Shown here: in pieces, positions 12,151 through 24,400 of the stretch
Layout of the letters: each line of letters begins with the position of its first letter
Numbering within the stretch: the first letter of the stretch is position 1
From: Utricularia gibba
Lineage: Eukaryota; Plantae; Magnoliophyta
Assembly (NCBI GenBank): GCA_002189035.1
Contig: NEEC01000007.1
Span: 62,001 to 126,000 of the forward strand
Direction of reading: 5' to 3'
DNA: 64,000 nt
Made by a program: the position numbers and the translations under genes
Notes under the pieces: model-generated
What the model was told of the DNA's origin: nothing
Seen by the model: the letters and a program-made list of their open reading frames with translations, nothing else
The model's database searches: none

Positions 12151-12510
12151 ATGTTGGAGGCGACGGGGCTGATCCTGCCTGATACGCTTGTTGTTTTCTG
12201 CTGCTGCAACCTCATCATCGTCCTTCTTCTCGTGGCAAGCTCCAAGCCCGCGGCAGCTTCCCAACACTTGGATCAACTGGAATCCATCAACAACCACCAA
12301 GGCGTCACCGCATAGACAATGACAGCTGATTTTGACACCGGGGCAGAGTGGCTGCCGTCCTCTTCCATCCTTGTAGACATCCATGACGTTGGAGAACCAG
12401 AACAGGAACAAGAGGAAGAAGAAGAAGAGGACGACGAGCTGCGAAGGCGAGTAGAGGAATTCATTGAGAAAATCAACCGTGGTTGGAGGGCCGAAAGGCT
12501 TCAAAGATAA
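12151..12510 (+). pseudogene. Small DUF761 (cotton-fibre-expressed-like) gene with N-terminal TM segment, split by an in-frame TAG at 12313-12315
   Basis: N part MLEATGLILPDTLVVFCCCNLIIVLLLVASSKP. C part, in the same frame, EEEEDDELRRRVEEFIEKINRGWRAE (DUF761 motif). TATAAAT at 12068. Confidence 0.7.
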
Positions 12511-12899
12511 CCGTGGTGGGCTTGACGCCACCGCGCTTTCTTTCTCAATCGGTTTTTGCTTTTCTTTTTACTTCAGTTCATGGAGAAACTTTGATGTACA
12601 GAAAGTGTGTACACTTTACGAGGAATCCCCTTCAAGTACCAAGTAACGAGATGTGAGGAAGGTAACAACAAAAACCCACTTTGATACATTAAAGTACGAA
12701 ACATACAAACATCAGTCTACAGCAGACACAGCAAACCGTTTTGAGACACAGAGGCTAAGGCCGTAATCCGTTTTGCTCAGCAAAATCAAGTCACAGGCGT
12801 TAGAAAGTGGGTGCCTAGCACTAAAGCTTCTGCTACAACAACAGTTGAGAACAATAAAATGAGAGGAAAATCACAACAATCAAACATTAAGGAAGAATC

Positions 12900-14781
12900 T
12901 TAGCATGTGATTTCATGGCTTTGCTCTCTGGGAGTTTGTTCGGGCAATGAGGCAGTATTTTCGGAAGGTAAAATTTTGAATACGGGTTCCTTGCTTACTA
13001 CAGGAGGGTTGTCTCTGGGGAGCGGAGTGGATGAAGTCAGATTTGGATCTGTTACGCTGTAAAATAAGCCGAATCTCTCTTCATGATCAACAAGATCACA
13101 AGCGTTGGGGGCAGCAAATGAGATTGTGCGCTCAAAGTTATGTTTCTTGGGTTTTTGCTCCTGCTGATCTCTTGGAATGAAGCTACCGATGACAACCTGT
13201 AGACATTAGAGTTTCAGAACACCTACCGCACGACAGAGGTTCCGATCAGTAGCTCATAAAGGTTGGTTCATGCACACGTTCAGCATATCACTAACCTGAA
13301 CCGGACCAGCCGCAACCAGCATACCTGCGAGTCCTCCCCCCAAGACACGACCATCGGGACCAGCAAGCAAAACGCTCATACCACCTGTTCTACTTTTAGT
13401 CACACCATCGTCATTCGGCAAGAATAAACCCGTCAGAGAAAGAATTGCAAAAAGGCCCTGCATTAAAGCAAATGTTAGTCCACTGCAGAACATTTCGGAG
13501 GAGGACAACTTTGGATTTTGTAAAACATGCTGCTAAATCGTATCAAGTGTCATTAACCCGTGTAAACAATGGTGATAACATACTACCTCATATGTTAAAG
13601 TACCCCCAGAAGAATTTGGTTGACGTAGAGTAGCATTAGAGACAGAACCATTAGCAGCTAAAATGCAGATTGCTCGATATCCTTGTTGAGAAAAAGATAT
13701 TGTCTTCTTCATGATGTCCTGAACACAAACAAAAAAAGGGGGCATTATATGTGTAAGCATGCAGTAATTCATCTAAACAGGCAAAGCATTACATCTCCAT
13801 GAATCCCTTTAGAAACAATTCTCATCAACTTAATCAGACGAGATTGATGGAGCGTCTCTCGATGCTAATTCAACAAGCCTGAAAGAGGGGGTCACAGTAA
13901 AAGTACCTCGCCGGGGTTAACAGTTAGTAAGTGGGACATAAGCCCTCCAACCGCAGGGTATGCCATACCACCTCCTACAATCATGATCAGACAGAAAACG
14001 TATCATTTATAATAAACTTGAGTTTTGAGTAAATTTACACACAAATTAAAGCCATATGGCAATGGAAACTAAGAAAAAAAATAAAGGCGCTATTCTAATA
14101 TGCAGTATTCAGTCCAGCAACTTTAGACTAAATTTACTCATGTAAAAACTCACAGCCACTTTCATGGTAACTCCACTCTCTTGTTTGGCATATACAGAAT
14201 AGGTAGAGACATAATTGAGTAACGGACAAAAGTTATGTCTCGTCACATCAACTCTGTGACTCAAGAAGCACCATATACATTATGATGCTTCTTGAGGTCC
14301 CATTTTCTCAGGGCGAACTACGGACGACGGAGATTTGTTAGAAACCCTAAGCATGTGTACAGAATATATGCCACCTCAAGAACCGTACACGACAAAATCT
14401 CAAACCAGGGTACTAAGGCAAGAGAAGATAGTGGCCGATACCCGAACCTTCAAATTCCAGCTTATGTTTCTTCCTGAAAGAGCTTTTCCAAGATGAATAA
14501 TCTCCGGTAAGGGGAATCGATGCTGAAATTGGCATCGGCGATAACGTTAAAATAGACCCATCAGCTCCGTACTTTCTAGGTCTTCCCCTCTTCTTCTTCG
14601 TTCTGTCAGCTGTGGGCGACGCCGCAGCAACGCTTACTGACGCAGAATGAGTGAAGGGCGCAGCCGATCCACCAGCCTGCTGGTCGATATGTTCAATACC
14701 TGCCTCCACCCTGAAGCTCTTAGGGACCTCATCGCCTTTAATAGTGAAGCCAGAACCACTCAACTCATCCATCTCCGCCAT
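12900..14781 (-). CDS. AHL: AT-hook motif nuclear-localized (AHL, clade B) protein with PPC/DUF296 domain, 5 exons
   Basis: Exons 14781-14442, 13974-13907, 13718-13587, 13457-13296 and 13196-12900. AT-hook KKKRGRPRKY. PPC motifs ICILAANGSVSNATLRQ and LAGPDGRVLGGGLAGMLVAAGPVQVVIGSF. Confidence 0.92.
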
Positions 14782-15566
14782 TCATGTAGAGATTCAGCAG
14801 AAACCTTTGCAAATCCTTGAATTCCTCGAGAGTTTCCTACTTAAAGCCTGATCTCACTCACCTACTGGATAATTGTAGTAGCTCAATAGCTACCGTACTA
14901 CACTTGAACCAGGAAAAATCAGTGAAAGATACACAGGAAGACGCAGAAGAATGGTTCAAAATTCCAACCCAGGAACAAAGAATCAAGCTGGGATCGCTGA
15001 AAGATTTCAGCTGCAGATCTGTTTACTGTAAGCTTGCCAGCTTAACAGCAAACTCCCGTAAACCATGATGGAGCAACTTTGGGGAGAAGGGGAATATTAA
15101 GAAAAATAAATATTAGAGCCGTAAAATTAGGGTTTTTGCAAAGAAATTTAATGGGGGCAGTTGAACAAAATTATTGAAATAATTGAATTAGAAATAAATA
15201 AATAAATAAATATAGAATAAGGTACAAATACGAGTTGAAGAGGACACGTATTGGTGTTAGTAATTAGGTACAAATATTCAAACCTGAAATGGTGGTTGGA
15301 TAAATGATTTGACTCGGGGGATGCATCATGTCTTCGGCATAGCTACCTAAACTCCCCATACCCACCAATTATTTGTCAGGCAGACGTGAGACTTTAGAGG
15401 AGGGAGGGGATTTTGTTTCATAATGCATGGTGCCATTGGAAAGTAGCACTACCCCCGACCCAAGAGTTGGAGGGGAGGGGAGGGGTTCCGATGCTGATGG
15501 GATGGGAGGCTGATGACTGAATCCGTTAACCATGTACCAGTGCGGGAGTGCCCTGTTGAGTTTCTC

Positions 15567-18516
15567 TCAAGGCATCCCCGCAGGAAGGTGAAATGCAGCT
15601 CTCATCTCTTCGAATGAGTATTCCGTCTCCGTGGATGGAGATGAAGATGCTTCTTTGGAAGGAGTAGTGTTCTGTCTCAACTTCTGGTACACATCTCGCT
15701 TCTTCTTCTGGTCTTCCAAAAGATTTGTGATGATTGATGCCGACGATTCGGTTGAAGAGATGAGTGAAAGTGGCTTCCTGGTCATGGGTGACTCCACTTC
15801 TCCACCATCTTGCAGGATAAGAGAATGCTGTTTTGCGGAACAGATCTCTAAATCCAAACCTCTTCTACCTGAGATAAGCATACTTCAGTGAATGGTGTGA
15901 CCTCGCATACGGTGTCAAATCCGCATACCAGATGAGATGGCTTCAAGCCCGTCATCTCCTTTGATTTCATTTCTTTTTGCATCAAGTGTAGTAAGATTGG
16001 CCTTGGCTGAAGGCAGCGCAGGTCCACCAAGAGAGGGTGTTTTATCGCCTGCACCCCCACACGAAAATCTTGATCCTTTTTTCGCAACCTGGTTCTTCAT
16101 CGGGCTTGGCTTTGAGCCAAAAAGTATCTCTTGCTCCGATATCTTCTGCCCTTGCAGTTTCTTTTGCTCCTGTAAGCGCGCAAGGATGAGAACCTCAAAA
16201 CAATCCGTTGGAATGTCAAAGAGATGTTACAATACCCTTTGCCTCTTCTGCTCTTGTTCCTTTTCTTGCCGCAAAACCTTGTAGCTATCGATCATGGAAA
16301 GCAGACGCACCTATACACAGCAGAAAAGAAACTAGTTAGTTATATATGACGATTTCATTAGTGCGAGGGTGCCAGGGTAACACTGCTTACACCATCATAC
16401 ATAAAATAGACACCGTGCTCATTTTCCCATGCCGATGTTTTTGAAGCCAATGCATTCTCCATTGCTATTTAACCACCATAGAAGCAATTACAAATTTCTA
16501 TGGCTAGAGGCTGCAGGACCAGTAAGCAAAAAACAATGAAGTCCAAACAAAACCTGGAAGTTTGTTAACTAACGCGCGAGCTTTTTCAGCACGCTTCAGA
16601 GTTAAATGAGCACCTCTCCCGGCATTGTAACGATTGTCATCCTGGCATGGATGGAATGAAAGCGGTCTAGCGTTGGTACATTTTTTAACGCAGCATAAGG
16701 TGCACGAACCTGATTATACTCCTCAAGCCAACTCTCTTCTTTACATGCAGCCATCCATTTCTCAACCTTCTCAAGGATTTCTTTCCTCCTGAGAGCCTCC
16801 TCTTTAACTTCAGATATTCGAAGCTCAAACTGTGCTAGGGCAGTGGAGGCCGGGACAGCTCCTTTCAAATCCAGAAGAAAAAAGAAAGCCATGGTCTGGT
16901 CAGTAAATACATCTTAGGGAAGTATGGCCACAAACAACACAAGCAAATACCAGATTCAATGGCTTCTTGAGCTACGTCAACTGAACAATTAGGTTCAAGA
17001 ACAAAATGCATCTCTCTACAAAGATTTTCCAATTCTTCCTTCTTTTTCAGAACAAGTTCCTTCATCTTGAATATTTTTAGTTCCTCCAATCTAGAAACTT
17101 CATCTTTCACCTAAAAACAAACAATCGAATAGCTCTTTTTACCGTTGTTTTATTATAAGAAGCCTTAGCTAACAAAACCAACAAAATACCGGAGAATGTA
17201 TAAAAAAAAAAAATTCAACTCACAGAAATAATGAAGTCAGTAGAGAGCAAGTTGGGCTCTGTTATCTCATCTTCCGAAGCAGCTATATTACATGTAGCCT
17301 TCTGAAACATCCGTTGCTCTTCAGCCGGTGTGTCCATCAAATTCCATATCTCCAGCAACGAAGTCGCTAGATCTTGTAACTAATCAGAACATACAGAACG
17401 GGCCAAAATTTAAATCGATAATAATCGAATCTAAACAAGAAAGCATTTAAAAAGCAGGCAAACCTGCTGCATTCTATGTATTTTAAGCAGTCGTAATTTC
17501 TGTATTGTATTTTCCACTTTCCCCATTGTATCATTGTTCACGTTCTTTGGTTGTTCTGACTCCAATAAACTGGGATGAACCTCACTGACAGTTTGGCTAT
17601 AATCCAAGCCAAGAACCGAGCAACATGATGACAGATAATTCAGGTTGCCCAGCAACGTATTGAGACGCTCAGTCTACAAAACAATATATAGCGGAGTAAA
17701 ATCGAGGATAAAAAATTCAACGAAAATCAAGATACAGGAAGCTTCACGGAAATTTTCTAAAGCCGCAACCATTATCAATGATCACCTTTTCCTTTTCAAG
17801 CTCCTGCAATTCTCTTTGCAATTCTTCAAGCCTTCTCAAAGACAAATCTGATTCATCCACTACCACATCGATTGGAGCATGGATTTTTGAGCTAAAAAGT
17901 TGGGTTTTAATCCTCACCATCTCTTCTAAGATTTTCGTGAAATGATTTCGTCGATCAGATTTCCTCTTTCGCATCTCTTCTATTTGCGGAAGAATAGCAT
18001 TGAGTTCAGCCTTCAAGTTTCCATCACTATTCTCAGCCTAGACAGATATGCATCCACTGAGATTTTCATGCCCATACTGGACAATAACGCCATGCAGTGC
18101 TGGCTACGTCCTCATTCAAATATAGCAGCAGTGAAAAAAAGTCGTATTGTGCAGAGGTCATTCACGTCAAACTTCTGAATGTACCTGCCTGATGTGCAAA
18201 GGCCGCTCACCCATTGATGAGCAGATGATGGCAAGTTCGGCCTCTGCATCAGCAATAGCCTCCCTTAGTTGAGCCCTATTCTTGTTTGCCTGATCCACTC
18301 TGCGTCTGTATACCTCCAAGCATTCCTTCTCAAGTTCGAGTAAGTGTCTGTCCTTCTCCTCACCAGATTCTCCAATGTCGTCCCAAATTATCTAGGAAGA
18401 AGAACGGTGTGAAACGGGTCAAGGAAATCGACAGAAAAGAATACACGATTTTCATCTAGACCTAACCGTTTCCATACCTGCAGCTCGTTTAGAAGGCATT
18501 CACATGTTGCCTCCAT
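15567..18516 (-). CDS. MAP65: 65-kDa microtubule-associated protein, MAP65-3 (PLEIADE)-like, multi-exon
   Basis: [13 protein letters not shown]|IIWDDIGE...[20 protein letters not shown], then [20 protein letters not shown]|[22 protein letters not shown] and C-terminal [11 protein letters not shown]. Introns are GT-AG and in frame where checked. Confidence 0.93.
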
Positions 18517-19039
18517 TGGGGAAAACAGATCCGGAGAGAGGCCAAATGAATTGGGTAAACCAAAGAAATCGATGCCTCTTCCCGATGAGGACGACAAGAG
18601 AGAAATCCAGGGAATAGAGAGGAGGAAAATGAGGAGAATTTGCAAAAATGAAAAATCCGACCGTTACAGCGTCCGATACAGAGATGAAATTCCGAAAAGA
18701 AGGAATAATAAAAATTCATTGTATCGTTGTTCTGTGTAGCTGTCGTCACTGCAAATCTCTGATTTTGGTATGAACTAAAATTAGTGTAAGAGAGCAGATT
18801 CCATTTCTCCATCATGTTCTGTTCGTCCAGTTATAATAATCGGAGGAGAGCATAATCGCCTCGGAGGGTCCTCGCACTTCCGATCATCATCGGCGAGGGG
18901 ACAAAGTATAAATATATTATAGCATAACGCGAGGGAGTTGGTGTTCCCTCTTCTTGCCTCCAACCCTGATGATGAATTCAACATGACGAGCAGGGACCGT
19001 CTGCGGTGACATCCTCCGGTGGGAATCCATAAAAGAAAA

Positions 19040-21210
19040 ATGGAGGATCTTGACGGAGATTTCCGCGTGGGGACGACGATGGACATCGATGAGGATTACG
19101 AGTTCGATGCCGCCAACTTTTTTGATTTCATGCGGCCAGAGTCTGGTTCCGAGATTGACGAGGCGGAGCGCTGGTTTCAATTCTCCGGAGATTACTCCCA
19201 TTCTCGTGAGCCCTGCTCCTCCTGCATTCCTGTTTTTTGTCGCCGTAGTGCCGGAATCAAGCCGTGCATGGAATGCCGTTGCTTTTTTTTTTTGGGTTTC
19301 GAGATTTCGGTCGTGACCTTGAACACGTTCATTTCTTTCGTGTCTTGTGATTTGGCAGCGTTTGTGGTCAAACTGGATTTTCAAAAACTATTATCCATGG
19401 AAGCTCTGTCCCAGACATCAAAATCAATGTACAGCAGCGATGTTTCAGACGCCAACGACAGCGGGAATCAAGTCTCACCTTCTAAGAAGAACGCAAATGG
19501 TCTCTGAGGGGCTTCCCTGTTGTTTCGTTAGGAATTGCTTCAACCTACTATAAATTTCTCGTATTGTCTCGTTTATTGCATGGTGTCTTTCTAGTCTCTT
19601 CAGGAAAATGTGTCGCGCATCAGAAAGCTGCTGCAAAAACAAACGCAAAGTCAGAGAATGGATCATATCGATCAAGAAGTCCAACCTTCCTTAAGCCAAC
19701 ATTAAGCTATTTATTGAAACAGCAGACTGTTTCAGATGAACTTTCCAATCATCTTTGCACAAGGTCCAACTTCACCTTCCCTCCCTGTATGCATTTGCGA
19801 GTTCGCCCATTGAGTTGAGCATTTAACAAGCTTCATGCATCTCAGGCGTAGTAAAACACTGTGCAAACTTGATCAGAAAAGGGTGGACAAGTGTAGTAGA
19901 ATCAGTGATGTTGAGGCAAAAGAGCTGAAGGTTGATACTGGTTACCTCTGTAAGGTGCACTTTTCTTTTTCAAGGTGACGCTTTCCTTCGCATGGTTGAG
20001 GAGGAAGAAATTAATTCCGTTTGTTGTGTTGGCCATCCAGGTTGCCCAGTTGAAACATCAATTTTCGTTGTTGAAGAAATCATCAAATAAGGTATTCCTT
20101 GCCATCACCAAGCTTCCTTCAGTTGTATACATCAATGCTGATATTCCTCTGTTGCACCACGAAGGCCACCACCCCAAAAGAGCCTGAACTACCAACATTG
20201 CTCAGAGCACAGAATCGACGGTATATCATTTACACCTCTCTCCGCCACAAATGTCTCTTGCATTACTTAATTTCTTTGAACACAACCCTTTCAGAAGTAT
20301 AATTAATTCGGCATTCCCCGAACCCAAGGCTGATATTGGTTCTGCTGCGAGTAAAGTTAACAAAAACCTACAAGGATGTAGCTTTCCAATGCCCTCGTTT
20401 AACAAAAAGGTTACTATGTTCATTACTGAGGGCTGTTCCTAACTTTTTCTTCTTGAAATGTGTTGTTTCCGCTCCCTTCTCAGATTAGTCCCTTGTTGGT
20501 TCTCTTTCAGTTGTTTCACCTGAAGAAAATGGAGAAATCAAATCAGCAAGCATCTGCCAAGGCGAGCATCTTCTGGTTTCTAATCAAAAAAAGTACACGA
20601 ATAGTAGCAGTTCAAAAGGCTTGTCAGCAGGTCTATCCCAGTGCTAGAGATGTTGATTCAAATGAAGCTGCGTGGCAAAGAGCAATAACATTGCCTAAAG
20701 TAAATATGTTATTAACGTTTGCCAGTCCATTTGATTGACATATGAGTATGGTACTCTTTTCAGTTCTCGGTGGGATCAGATATCAAGATCAGAAAAAATC
20801 CTAATTTGAACTCATTCGAAAAGGTATGTGAAATTCTACACCGCAAACGGGCATCATACGTGTTGATGCATGTGTTCTCTGGCAATGCAGGGATCGAATA
20901 TCCGGCCTGAAATGTGGGTAAGTGCAATGCAGCTGCTACTTTGAAAGTGAAACAAGTTCCATCCTTTCCCAATCGAATTCCGTTACCAAATGCAGAGGAA
21001 TGATGCAAAGTCGCATCAGTGTGGAGGAAACGTCATATCCCAGAATAGCGCGAAGTGCTGGCCCAACATGTCCAGGCAGGAAGAATTCTGTCCATGCTTC
21101 AATCACTATCCGGAACTGCCATGTCGTCTATTTAATATTGCTATCTTCAAAATCCTTTCAGGAGTTTGCGTGTTCACTGCAGCACGGGGGCCATGCAACA
21201 GAGCTCATGA
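19040..21210 (+). CDS. TPX2-like (TPXL) microtubule/Aurora-activator protein, divergent, about 12 exons
   Basis: N-terminal DIDEDYEFDAANFFDFMRPES...EAERWF (Aurora-binding-type motif), TFLKPTLSYLLKQ, PKEPEL, LFHLKKME and terminal NMSR|SLRVH. Internal exon structure is partly uncertain. Confidence 0.75.
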
Positions 21211-21459
21211 TTTCTTCGATGCTGCAATTTCTTGTGACAAATGGTTAGACAATGACAATTGTGCCATGATTTTTTTTTTTTTTTGAAAAACTGGCACCCC
21301 CTACTGCCTACAACAGTTTACTTCTAAAAGGGAAGATACAATTTCCGCCTCGGTTTACACTGGGACTAGCGGGCATAACTTCGTTTAGTAGTACACTTTC
21401 AGTATTACACTACACAACTGCCTTTGCGCCAGGAAGAGACTGTTGAAGGCTGACCATTC

Positions 21460-24400
21460 TCAAAATGAGTTCTTGGATATCACTTCACCGAATTTCACAT
21501 ACCACTCAGCATCAGATGATCTACTGTCCTGTTGGCGCTGTAATTGCTGCTGCGGGGACTCGACGGGGTGTCCTTTACCATTCCGGATTTGGGAATATTC
21601 AGAACTCTTCATGCTACTTGCTGATGGTTTCTTTGGGAGTGGGGGTGGCAACATTGAAATGAGAACTCTTGAAACTTCGTGCATTGTAGGCCTTTCAGAG
21701 GGCAAGGTTCTTGTGCAGAGCAATGCAAGCTGGAAAACCTTCCTTATGCGTGATGGATCCACACACGTGGCTTTTACGTCTGGATCAGCGGCGTCCATTA
21801 ACGTATTGTTATCAGCTTTTGCAAGAACCTGAAACGTGCAAGTTTGGGAAAAATGTTACCACTGGCAACCCAGGAAGGTATACAGGAAAAGAAGGACGAG
21901 ACAGCTACCATCTGATGCAAGTTCACATCGTTGTCCACAGCCTTCCTTCCCGTTAAAAGCTCGAGTAGAACGATGCCAAAGCTATAAACATCTGACTTCT
22001 CTGTCAACCTGGACGTTCTGGCATAATCGGGGTCAATGTAACCGATTGTCCCAAGAACGTAAGTGGAAGCATGCGTTTTTGCAGGAGGGAGAGACTTTGC
22101 AATCCCGAAGTCCGAGAGATGAGCTTCAAAATTTGCATCTAGCAAAATGTTGGACGACTTCACATCTCTATGAATGATTCTTGGGTTGCAATCATGATGA
22201 AGGTATGCAAGCCCCTGTGCTGCTCCAACTGCCACTCTAAGACGCATATCACAGTCAAGCTTCACCTTCTTTGATGAACCTAAAATCACACCACAGGTTT
22301 CAGACATCATACATAGCCCTTCAACAAACTATCCCTCCCACACAAGACAGGAGAGAACTTACCATGAAGAAGATCCCAGAGCGATCCATTCTCCATGTAG
22401 TCATAGAAGAGAAGATTTCCTAGCGGGGAAAGCGAGTAACCATGGAGACTAACAAGGTTCCTATGCCTGATTTTACCAATGGTCTCAAGCTCTGTCTCAA
22501 ACTCGAACGAACAGTTAGGATAACGGCTGTAGAGTCGCTTTATGGCAATTGGAAGGGAATTTTTCAGCACACACTTGTAAACTGTACTTGAAGACCCATA
22601 TCCTATCACATGCTTTTCACTAAAGTTATCCGTAAGTCTCAACACATCCTCATAGCTATTGATAGCCATATCCATGTGAAGAATAACCAGTTTTGATCCT
22701 ACACAAAATGAACCATGCAAAAAATGAGATGCAGAAAAAGACCTAATGCCAGCACAAGCAAGAATGAGGAAAAGGGAATGACCGTGTGTTATACTCTTCC
22801 CCGAGCCCTTAACAAAACCCTTCGACTGACTGGATTTATATATTGCAACTATAATCATCAGCAACAGCGTAACAAATCCCAATACGATGCAGACAATTGT
22901 TGTCGTAGAGAACAAAACTGAGGTGACGGCAACCAAAGAAGAGAATTAGCCATCAAGGTATCAGACAACAACAAAAGGCATGAGGTCACCCAAGAACTAC
23001 CTCTCGATCTTGAAGGGTATGGGTTACAAATGGATCCCAACCAATGGCCACATAGAAAATGATTCCCAATAAAGCTGCAGATAAAAAATAAGAATTACGG
23101 ATGATGACATGGATGATAATGTGAACCTAGAGATTTGCAATTACAAAGGTTCTCAAAAACCTTTTGGGTGAGAACCGAGAGAAGTTCTTCGCTTCAGGGA
23201 CAATCCCAGTAAAATTGTTAAATGAAAGATTCCTGAAGAGACGTACAGTCAGCTCTGCACTCATATACCATGATATGCAATCACAAAGGGTGATGGACTT
23301 TACAGCTTTTCAAGACTTAAGCAGCTAGTTAGTTGGTCAGGTATCGCTCCACTTAAATCATTATTGTTCAGTGTACTGCCAGCAAACGTCCAAATGAGCA
23401 ACGCAAGAACCGTGAGCTTGAAGAAAATTTAAGCGTAAACCAGTAAACATACAGGGTAGCCAGGTTCTGCAGTTGTCCGAACTCTCCCGGAATACGGCCA
23501 GATAAGTTGTTGAATGATATATCCCTGAACAGGGGTAATGATTTTGTTAGCATTTAATTCATTGATATTGTGCAGCAACTCGGTAACAACTACAACTTCA
23601 AGTTTGTGAAACTCACATCACCGCAATGCTCTTCAGGTTGCCAAACTCCGCAGGAATGTGACCATCAAGAACATTGTGGCTTAAATTCCTAAAAAGGTGG
23701 AAACCATTTAAAAATCTTGTTTCAAGAGAACTTTTGAAATGCATTATGTAAACTGTGATAACGTACAGAGTAAGAAGATGCTCCAAATTGCCTATGGAAG
23801 CAGGAATTGCCCCAGAAAATTCATTACTCGCAAGATCTCTGGACAAAACGCAACACAACATCAAATAAGCCATGACATGCAAAAAACGAAATGCCAATTT
23901 TAAACTCACAGTGTGTCAAGGTTAATGATGTGGCCAAGCTCAGTTGGTATGCTGCCTCCAAAGTGGTTCGAGGATAAATTCCTGTTAATCTGATAATTAT
24001 TATCCACCGATGTAAATATCAATAAAAACGATCAGTATACAGAGTGACAACTTACAAGTACGTTAGACTCTCCAGGTGCCTTAAACCAGAAGGAATAGAT
24101 CCATTTAGTTTGTTGCCATGAACATTTCTGTACATACAGTGAACCCAGAGAGAGCATGTAAGCATCGCAATGATGGACATGAAACCACATTAGGCACATG
24201 AAACGTTGATTATGATCTTACAACTGATTCAAGGCAGTGCAGGAGCTGATATTTTCAGGAATGAGCCCTTTCAGTTCATTGTTTGACAAATTTCTAAAAC
24301 AGGTTATCAAAAACAGTATAACATACACCGCAGTCATGAAATCACAAAAACCCTTCCATCGAAGAAAGAAATACGTACAACTCAAAAAGCTGTTCCAAGT

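Noticed and set aside
12900-13196. Suspected frameshift in the AHL last exon
   Set aside because: Codon-by-codon reading is open to TAA at 12900 (…PREQSHEITC*).
20091-20100. GTATTCCTT donor in TPX2-like resembling a U12 5' splice site
   Set aside because: Does not match GTATCCTT (extra T), and no U12 branch point is seen. Consistent with an ordinary U2 intron.
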